DNA of 64,000 bases from Comamonas sp. Its GTDB lineage: Bacteria; Pseudomonadota; Gammaproteobacteria; Burkholderiales; Burkholderiaceae_C. This document shows, in pieces, positions 57,486 to 64,000 of this stretch. The first letter of the stretch is position 1, and each line of letters begins with the position of its first letter. The DNA lies in the NCBI GenBank assembly GCA_028690035.1, contig JAQVCA010000001.1:8410-72409 (forward strand), in the 5' to 3' direction. The notes under the pieces are model-generated. The model ran no database searches and was not told the origin of the DNA. It saw nothing but the letters and a program-made list of their open reading frames with translations. The translations under genes and the position numbers were made by a program.

Positions 57486-57854
57486 ATGCCACACACCCTC
57501 TCTGCCCATTTTTTCCGCGCCCTGCCCCTGCTGCTAGGACTGACACTGCTGACCGGCTGCTTGGAGCAAGTTTCCAGCCTGGGCTTGCCGCCCAAGGTGC
57601 TGGCCAAACAAAAAGAAGATAAAGCCATTGGCAGCGCTTGCCGCTACGCCATGCGCAGCATTGAGGATTGCTACCTGCTCAACCCCAAAGCCGCTAAAAA
57701 CGATGTGTTTTCCGGTTGGAAAGAGATGGACGCCTATATGCGCGAACACAAGATCGAAGGCGTGCCCTCGGTGCTGACACCGCCGCCCGCAGCTCCTGCT
57801 CCAGCGCGCCCGGCGCAAGAAGACATCATCATCGAGCGCGCCTCGGGCAAGTAA
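57486..57854 (+). CDS. Conserved hypothetical lipoprotein
   Basis: LTGC lipobox; AIGSACRYAMRSIEDCY.LNPKA, GWKEMD.YMRE. Confidence 0.7.
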   Translation: MPHTLSAHFFRALPLLLGLTLLTGCLEQVSSLGLPPKVLAKQKEDKAIGSACRYAMRSIEDCYLLNPKAAKNDVFSGWKEMDAYMREHKIEGVPSVLTPPPAAPAPARPAQEDIIIERASGK

Positions 57855-57946
57855 GGCATGCACGCCCACAGCCGGCAGTGCTTCCAGACATCGGGACGCG
57901 TGTCGGGTGTCGGGTGCCGGGTGTGGGTCTTGCCGTTGCGGGGTGC

Positions 57947-59479
57947 TTACGCCGAGAGCAAGCGCTCAAACACGGCCATGCTTTCCACGTGGGCCGTGTG
58001 CGGGAACATGTTCACCACGCCCGCCGCCACGCAGCGGTAGCCCGCCTGGTGCACCAGCAGCCCGGCATCGCGCGCCAAAGTGGCTGGGTTGCAGCTGACG
58101 TACACGATGCGCTGTGGCGGTTGCCACGCCTCAGACCCTGCAGGCAATGCGGGCGCACCTTCCGCACCGATGCGGGCTTGGTGGATGTCGGCCAGCGCCT
58201 TGCACAGAGCAAAGGCCCCTTCGCGCGGAGGATCGACCAGCCACTTGTCGGCCACGCCATCGCCCATGAGCAACTCGGGCGTCATATTGAACAGGTTGCG
58301 TGCAACAAATTCTGTAGCTGCCAGCGCTTGCCCATCCAGCCTTTGCGCCTGATTTTTTGCATAATTTTCACGCGAGCGTGCCACCAAAGTTTCGCTACCC
58401 TCAATGCCCAGCACCTGCCCCGCCTGGGTGGCAATCGGCAGGGTGAAATTACCCAGACCACAGAACCAGTCGATCACGCGGTCGGCTTTCTGCGCGGCCA
58501 GCAGGCGCAGTGCGCGCGTCACCAGCACCTGATTGATATGCGGGTTGACCTGGGTGAAATCCGTCGGTTTGAAGGGCATGGTGATGCCGAACTCGGGCAG
58601 GCTGTAGGCCAGCTGCACTGCGCCCTCGGGATCGAGCAGATGCACCGTATCGGGCCCCTTGGGCTGCAGCCACCACTGCACGCCATGGGCAGCGGCAAAG
58701 TCGCGCAGGCGCTGCAGGTCGGGCGCGCTCAACGGTTCCAGGTGGCGCAGCACCAAGGCGGTGACGGCATCGCCACAGGCCACTTCGATTTGCGGACAGG
58801 TGTCGCGCGCATCCAGGCTGGCAATCAGCGCGCGCAGCGGCAGCAGCATGGCATCCACGTGCGGGGGCAGCACCTTGCAGGTGTGCATATCGGCGATGTA
58901 GCGGCTCTTGCGCTCGTGAAAACCGATCAGCACCTCGCCCTTTTTGATCACATGGCGCACCGCCATGCGCGCGCGGTAGCGGTAGCCCCAGGCCGGGCCT
59001 TCGATGGCGCGCAGAATGGTTTCGGCCTTGACTTTGCCCAGGTGCCACAGGTTGTCTTCCAGCACGCGCTGCTTGCTGGCCACCTGGGCGCTGATGTGCA
59101 GGTGCTGCATCTTGCAGCCGCCGCACGCGCCGGTGTGCAGGCCAAAGTGCGGGCAGCCGGGGCGCACGCGCTGCGACGAGGGGCGGTGGATGTCGGTGAG
59201 CTCGGCCTGCTCCCAGTTGTTTTTCTTGCGCTTGGTCTGGGCGCTGACCAGCTCGCCGGGCAAGGCGCCGTCGATGAACACCACCTTGCCATCGGGGCGG
59301 CGTGCTACGCCCTGGGCGTCCATGTCCATGGACTCAATCTGCAGCCAGCCCTCGGGCAGGCTGGGGCGTGCAGGACTGCTGTCGTGGTCGGCAGCGCCCG
59401 CATGGGCAGCGGCAACGCTTTCGGCAGCGGTTTCGATGAAGGGGGATGGGGGGGGAGTGGTTGCGTTCAGTTCAGACAT
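57947..59479 (-). CDS. rlmD: 23S rRNA m5U1939 methyltransferase
   Basis: TRAM domain, C..CGGC cluster, [32 protein letters not shown]. Confidence 0.93.
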   Translation of the reverse strand: MSELNATTPPPSPFIETAAESVAAAHAGAADHDSSPARPSLPEGWLQIESMDMDAQGVARRPDGKVVFIDGALPGELVSAQTKRKKNNWEQAELTDIHRPSSQRVRPGCPHFGLHTGACGGCKMQHLHISAQVASKQRVLEDNLWHLGKVKAETILRAIEGPAWGYRYRARMAVRHVIKKGEVLIGFHERKSRYIADMHTCKVLPPHVDAMLLPLRALIASLDARDTCPQIEVACGDAVTALVLRHLEPLSAPDLQRLRDFAAAHGVQWWLQPKGPDTVHLLDPEGAVQLAYSLPEFGITMPFKPTDFTQVNPHINQVLVTRALRLLAAQKADRVIDWFCGLGNFTLPIATQAGQVLGIEGSETLVARSRENYAKNQAQRLDGQALAATEFVARNLFNMTPELLMGDGVADKWLVDPPREGAFALCKALADIHQARIGAEGAPALPAGSEAWQPPQRIVYVSCNPATLARDAGLLVHQAGYRCVAAGVVNMFPHTAHVESMAVFERLLSA

Positions 59480-59599
59480 GGTGGGCGCATTCTCTCAGAA
59501 GCGCTTGGCGTTCTGGGCCTGCCGACTGCATGCCAGATGCGTGCCAGACACGCCGCTGCCGTTTGCGGCCTGCCACCCCCAAGGGACATAAATATCAAA

Positions 59600-59690
59600 A
59601 AAGTGAGCTGCAACCGCTGGATTGGCAACGTTTCAGGTATTTTTGTACCTGAAATCGTTGCAAAACCAGCGATTGCAGCTCTCTTTTTTC
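59600..59690. repeat. REP-like inverted pair around an inner hairpin (REPIN-like)
   Basis: GAGCTGCAACCGCTGG ... TTTCAGGTAT/GTACCTGAAA ... CCAGCGATTGCAGCTC. Confidence 0.65.
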
Positions 59691-59710
59691 AAGCAACTAC
59701 GGCTGCGTTC

Positions 59711-60745
59711 TCAGCGGCGGGTGTAAATCTGATCGAAGCTGGCACCGTCGGCAAAGTGTGCCTGGCTGGCCTTGGCCCAGCCCCCAAAGTGGTCGTCGAT
59801 GGTGAGCAGCTTCACCTGGGGAAAGCGGTCGGCAAACTCGGCCTGCACCTTGGGGTCGGTCGGGCGGTAGTGGTGCTTGGCGGCAATGCGCTGGCCCTCT
59901 GGGCTGTACAGGTGCTGCAAATAGGCCTCAGCGACGGCGCGGGTGCCTTTTTTGTCCACCACCTTGTCCAGCACCGCCACCGAAGGCTGCGCCAGGATGG
60001 AGACCGAGGGCACCACGATCTCAAACTTGCCCTTGCCCAACTCTTGCTGCGCCAAGAACGCCTCGTTCTCCCAAGCCAGCAGCACATCGCCCACGCCGCG
60101 CTGCACAAAGGTGATGCTGGAGCCACGCGCGCCGGTGTCCAGCACCGGCACATTCTGGTAGAGCTGACGCACAAAATCGCGCGCCTTGTCTGCGCTGCCG
60201 TATTTGCCTTCGGCAAAGCCCCAGGCGGCCAGATAGTTCCAGCGCGCGCCGCCGCTGGTTTTGGGGTTGGGGGTGACGACTTTCACGTCCGCACGCACCA
60301 GATCGTCCCAGTCCTTGAGGCCTTTGGGGTTGCCCTTGCGCACCAGAAACACGATGGTCGAGGTGTAGGGCGCGCTGGCGTGCGGCAGCTTGCTTTGCCA
60401 ATTGGGCGCCAGATGCCCGCCGTGCTGCACCAGGGCATCGATGTCGCCGGCCAGCGCCAGGGTGGCCACATCGGCATCAATGCCATCGATGATGGAGCGC
60501 GCCTGCTTGCCCGAACCGCCATGCGATTGCTTGATCGTCACCTCCTGCCCGGTCTTGGCTTTCCAGTGCTGGGCAAACGCCTGGTTGTAGTCGGCATACA
60601 GCTCGCGCGTGGGGTCGTAGGAGACGTTGAGCAAGGTCACGGCCTGGGGCGCGGCCTGCGCCCAAGCGGCGGGGGCTGCCAAGGTCAAGCTGGCCAGCAG
60701 GGCCGCCAGCGCGGGAATCTTGATAAAGTTGCGACGGTTTTTCAT
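59711..60745 (-). CDS. sbp: Sulfate/thiosulfate ABC substrate-binding protein
   Basis: [34 protein letters not shown]. Confidence 0.93.
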   Translation of the reverse strand: MKNRRNFIKIPALAALLASLTLAAPAAWAQAAPQAVTLLNVSYDPTRELYADYNQAFAQHWKAKTGQEVTIKQSHGGSGKQARSIIDGIDADVATLALAGDIDALVQHGGHLAPNWQSKLPHASAPYTSTIVFLVRKGNPKGLKDWDDLVRADVKVVTPNPKTSGGARWNYLAAWGFAEGKYGSADKARDFVRQLYQNVPVLDTGARGSSITFVQRGVGDVLLAWENEAFLAQQELGKGKFEIVVPSVSILAQPSVAVLDKVVDKKGTRAVAEAYLQHLYSPEGQRIAAKHHYRPTDPKVQAEFADRFPQVKLLTIDDHFGGWAKASQAHFADGASFDQIYTRR

Positions 60746-60896
60746 AGCAGGCTTTCTTTGCTTTCTGTCGGAAATGCACTTGGATGCGTTCGGCACGATG
60801 CCGTTGCGCTGCATTCTCAAAGCAAGCGGTTAAAACCTGAACCAATAAAATTTCAGTTCGTTATCACAAAATCATCTAAAGCAACCAGGATCACCC

Positions 60897-61169
60897 ATGG
60901 CACGTACCGTTCACTGCATCAAACTGGGCCGCGAGGCCGAAGGCTTGGATCTGCCCCCCTACCCCGGCGCGCTGGGCCAACGCATCTTTGAAAGCGTCAG
61001 CAAAGAAGCCTGGGCCGCCTGGCTCAAGCACCAAACCATGCTGGTCAATGAAAACCGCCTGAACTTGGCCGACCTGCAAGCGCGCAAATATCTGGCCAAG
61101 CAAATGGAGGCGCATTTCTTTGGCGATGGTGCCGAACAAGTGGCAGGCTACGTGCCGCCCGAGCACTAA
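60897..61169 (+). CDS. yggX: Fe-S cluster oxidative-damage protection protein
   Basis: [35 protein letters not shown]. Confidence 0.95.
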   Translation: MARTVHCIKLGREAEGLDLPPYPGALGQRIFESVSKEAWAAWLKHQTMLVNENRLNLADLQARKYLAKQMEAHFFGDGAEQVAGYVPPEH

Positions 61170-61193
61170 GCCGCGTGCCATAATCGGGCGTTT

Positions 61194-61398
61194 TTGCGGG
61201 AGAGAGGGCCACTGCACCACCGGGCAGATGGCTCCGCCGAAGGCGCAAACTCCCATAATCGCTCAGGCCCATATACCGCAAAAAAAATTTCGCCGACTGG
61301 AGAGCAGCCACCCCCACCCCGCGCTGGGCGCTGTGGCTCACCGAAGGGGCAAGTGCGCGCCAGCGCGCACGCAACTCTCAGGTACCAAGGACAGAGGG
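61194..61398 (+). ncRNA. Tandem glycine riboswitch
   Basis: Two aptamers, each with GGAGAG...CCGAAGG.GCA...CTCAGG; CATAAT -10 at 61179-61184. Confidence 0.9.
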
Positions 61399-61441
61399 AG
61401 AGGCATGTTTGTGTCCCCATCCCTCACTGAACAGGTGCCGT

Positions 61442-62110
61442 ATGTTGCTGCCTTCTGCCTCCTTGCTGGAAACCTCCCAAGCCACCCCCGTGACCACCAT
61501 GCTGGTCATTTATCTGGTGGCCATCACCGCTGAAGCCATGTCGGGCGCGTTGGCCGCTGGGCGGCGCAATATGGACATCTTTGGTGTGGCCGTGATCGCC
61601 TTTGTCACCGCACTGGGCGGCGGCACCATCCGCGACATGGTGCTGGGCCACTACCCGATTGGCTGGACGCAGCACCCCGAATACGTGTACCTGGTCATCA
61701 GCGCGGGCTTGCTTACCACCATCGTGGCGCGCTATATGCGCCGTCTCAAGCAGGTGTTTTTGCTGCTCGATGCCATGGGGCTGATTGCTTTCTCGCTCAT
61801 CGGCTGCAGCGTGGCCCTGCAGCACGACTACCCGCGCGTGGTGGTCATCATGGCGGGCATGCTCACCGGCATCAGCGGCGGCATCGTGCGCGATGTGCTG
61901 TGCAACCAGGTGCCCGTGGTGTTCCGCCGCGAGCTGTACGCCAGCGTTTCGCTGGCCGTGTGCCTGCTGTACTGGGCGCTGGAGGTGCTGCAGGTCAACC
62001 ACGACGTCAGCATCGCTGTGTGCTTTGCCGGTGGCCTGGCGTTTCGCCTGCTGGCCATCCGCTTTGGCTGGCGTTTGCCGGTGTTCTCGTACCAAGAGCG
62101 CTGGGAATGA
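61442..62110 (+). CDS. TRIC/UPF0126 membrane protein (glycine-utilisation associated)
   Basis: AMSGALAA..MDIFG..TALGGGTIRD.VLG repeat duplicated (GISGGIVRDVL); start 61442 or 61499 uncertain. Confidence 0.9.
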   Translation: MLLPSASLLETSQATPVTTMLVIYLVAITAEAMSGALAAGRRNMDIFGVAVIAFVTALGGGTIRDMVLGHYPIGWTQHPEYVYLVISAGLLTTIVARYMRRLKQVFLLLDAMGLIAFSLIGCSVALQHDYPRVVVIMAGMLTGISGGIVRDVLCNQVPVVFRRELYASVSLAVCLLYWALEVLQVNHDVSIAVCFAGGLAFRLLAIRFGWRLPVFSYQERWE

Positions 62111-63822
62111 GTGGTCTGCTGCCAAACTGGCTGGCCCCCTTGCCCCGCGCTTGGGCGCAGCACGCCACGTGGCGCGTGTTGGATGTCAGCGGCAATGCCG
62201 ACGCCCTGCTCGCCCTGCACCGGGCTGTTTTCAGGGCGGCCCCACCGCCGCCGCCGCGCCCAGCCCCCCCAGCGGTACTGCATTACGTGCTGGTGCTGAG
62301 CGATGCCCAGGCCTTGCAAACCCAAGCCCCGGCGGCTTGGCAGCCCTGCTTGCAAGGCCTGTTACCCGGTGTCCACCGGCTGGCACTGGAAGGCGGTGCG
62401 CTGCAATTGACCTTGTGGCTGGGCCCGCCAGAGAGCGTGCTGCGCCAGCAAAGCATGGTGGCCGACACCATTTTGATTGGCAGCGCTGAGGGTGCTTCGG
62501 CCTGGCTCGCCCCCCATGCCCTCAAACCGCTGCTGCGCCACTGCCAGCGCGGCACCCAATTTTTAGGAGCAGCTCACGCAGAACTGGCCACGCTATTGAC
62601 CAAAAATGGCTGCACGATTGCCCCTGAAACACCCGCCCTGCACGCCCGCTTTGACCCGCCCTGGACGCTGCGCAAAACCCCACCCCCAAGCGCCCCACCC
62701 GGCACCGCCTTGGTCATAGGCGCGGGGCTGGCTGGCAGCAGCGCCGCCTGGAGCCTGGCGCAACGCGGCTGGCACGTCACCGTTTTGGGCCAAAGCGCAG
62801 CGCCTGCCGATGGGGCCTCGGGCCTGCCCGCCGGTTTATTTTGCCCGCACACCTCGCCGGACGACTGCGTACTGTCGCGCCTGTCGCGTGCTGGATTGCA
62901 AACGCTGTTACCCCGTTTAGAACAGCTCTGCCAGCGCGACCACGATTGGGCGCAAAGTGGCGTTTTAGAGCACGATGCGCTGCAGCCAAGCTATCTTGCA
63001 TGGAAAAACGGCCCTGGATCAGCTTGGAGCCAAGCGGCAACAGCTACTCAATGTGTAGCAGCTGGCCTCCCCCCCGATGCCCGCGCGGTGTGGCACCACC
63101 GTGCCGGTTGGCTGCGCCCGGCCGCCTTGGTGGCGGCGCAGCTCAAGCACCCGCGCATTCGCTTTATCGGCCAAGCCCCTGTGGCCCAGCTGCGCCATGA
63201 AGGCGGCCAATGGCAGGCGCAAAACGCACAAGGCCAGCCGCTGGCCGCCGGGGCCAACATCGCCATCGTGGCCGCAGGCATGGGCAGCAGCGCCTTTTTG
63301 CCTGCGCTTTGGCGTTTGCAAGCCCTGCGCGGGCAAGTCACCGTGGGGCCGGCAGATAACGCCGCTGCCCTACCGCCCTTCCCCGTGAATGGCAGTGGCA
63401 ATTTGGTGCCGCAAGTGCCAGGCCCGGACGGCGCTTTCTGGGTCATGGGCTCCACCTTTGAGCGCGATGTCAGCGCCCTGCCCGTCTCTGCCGCAGACCA
63501 AGCCAGCGCCCACGCCCACAACCTGGGCAAGCTGGCCCAATTGCTGCCCGCCACAGCGCAGCAGCTGCAAGCGGCCTTCACCCCTGGCGACCCCGCCTGC
63601 CAGCCCACCTGGGCACGGGTGCGCGTGGCCAGCCACGACCGCCTGCCCATCGTCGGCCCCGTGCTGCCCAGCCTGGGGCTGTTTGCCCTTACTGCTTTGG
63701 GGGCACGCGGCATCACCTTGTCGGCGCTGTGCGGCGAGCTGCTGGCCGCCCAATTGCACGCCGAGCCCCTGCCCCTGGAAGCTCAACTGGCCCAACACCT
63801 GGGCACCCATCGTTTAGGCTAA
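62107..63822 (+). CDS. mnmC: MnmC-like FAD-dependent cmnm5s2U oxidoreductase with a degenerate N-terminal methyltransferase domain
   Basis: VIGAGLAG FAD motif, DGASGLPAG, RGQV, DRLPIVG, LGARGIT; ATGA overlap with TRIC. Confidence 0.85.
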   Translation: MSGLLPNWLAPLPRAWAQHATWRVLDVSGNADALLALHRAVFRAAPPPPPRPAPPAVLHYVLVLSDAQALQTQAPAAWQPCLQGLLPGVHRLALEGGALQLTLWLGPPESVLRQQSMVADTILIGSAEGASAWLAPHALKPLLRHCQRGTQFLGAAHAELATLLTKNGCTIAPETPALHARFDPPWTLRKTPPPSAPPGTALVIGAGLAGSSAAWSLAQRGWHVTVLGQSAAPADGASGLPAGLFCPHTSPDDCVLSRLSRAGLQTLLPRLEQLCQRDHDWAQSGVLEHDALQPSYLAWKNGPGSAWSQAATATQCVAAGLPPDARAVWHHRAGWLRPAALVAAQLKHPRIRFIGQAPVAQLRHEGGQWQAQNAQGQPLAAGANIAIVAAGMGSSAFLPALWRLQALRGQVTVGPADNAAALPPFPVNGSGNLVPQVPGPDGAFWVMGSTFERDVSALPVSAADQASAHAHNLGKLAQLLPATAQQLQAAFTPGDPACQPTWARVRVASHDRLPIVGPVLPSLGLFALTALGARGITLSALCGELLAAQLHAEPLPLEAQLAQHLGTHRLG

Positions 63823-63837
63823 ACCACTTATAAACCA

Positions 63838-63878
63838 TAGCTGCTAGCGCTTAATGGGTAAGGGTTAGAGCCACTTTT
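63838..63878. repeat. REP-like palindrome
   Basis: TAGCTGCTAGCGCTTA-ATGGG-TAAGGGTTAGAGCCACT. Confidence 0.65.
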
Positions 63879-64000
63879 TATCTAAATCCCCATCCAGCGC
63901 TGCAGCGCGTGCCCCACCGCCTCGGTGGCCAGAAATTCCTGCTCCAGTCGCCCCTGGCCTTGCTGGGCCAGCCAATCGGCCAACGTTTGCTCCTGCGGCA

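Noticed and set aside
57716-60991. 1091-aa plus-strand ORF
   Set aside because: Antisense shadow of rlmD and sbp in GC-rich DNA; no motifs or SD.
61405-61533. 42-aa out-of-frame ORF with an apparent strong SD between the riboswitch and TRIC
   Set aside because: The purine run is probably the 3' strand of the riboswitch; no independent support for a leader peptide or frameshift.
1-64000. CRISPR array or IS element
   Set aside because: No regularly spaced repeat-spacer run, and no transposase motif or terminal inverted repeats seen.

Overview
Betaproteobacterial (Comamonadaceae-like; genus is inferred) chromosomal window. Positions 1 to about 29.9 kb are the right part of a lambdoid-organised temperate prophage integrated in the 5' end of dusA by a dusA-associated tyrosine integrase; its tail/lysis genes and other att site lie left of the window. 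The phage part contains N4-gp56-type capsid, scaffold, portal, TerL and TerS genes, and a Rha/ORF6C gene behind a P1-c4-like antisense switch. It also has the ninB/DnaC/initiator block, a cro-cI switch with five AAGC-N5-GCTT operators, and a leftward-type early operon (RecT, YqaJ, HU, Dam, Dcm, Lar, PrtN-like) with tRNA-Arg(UCU). The best candidate for a new system is the cargo coupled to cI in the rexAB-equivalent slot: a Pol-beta-type nucleotidyltransferase plus a 329-aa partner, then an atypical helical antitoxin plus RelE/YafQ-like toxin, then HigBA. Also notable are a triplicated moron leader, a bipartite late-promoter motif with a candidate wHTH activator, and an RNA-structure-rich PL leader. 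From about 29.9 to 64 kb are host housekeeping genes (dusA, scoAB, ETF-QO, ABC transporter, clpAS, dnaE, bamD, DinG, zapE, sucAB-lpd, rlmD, sbp, yggX, glycine riboswitch-TRIC-mnmC) with a family of REP-like palindromes. All product calls are from motif recognition by eye; no database searches were run.
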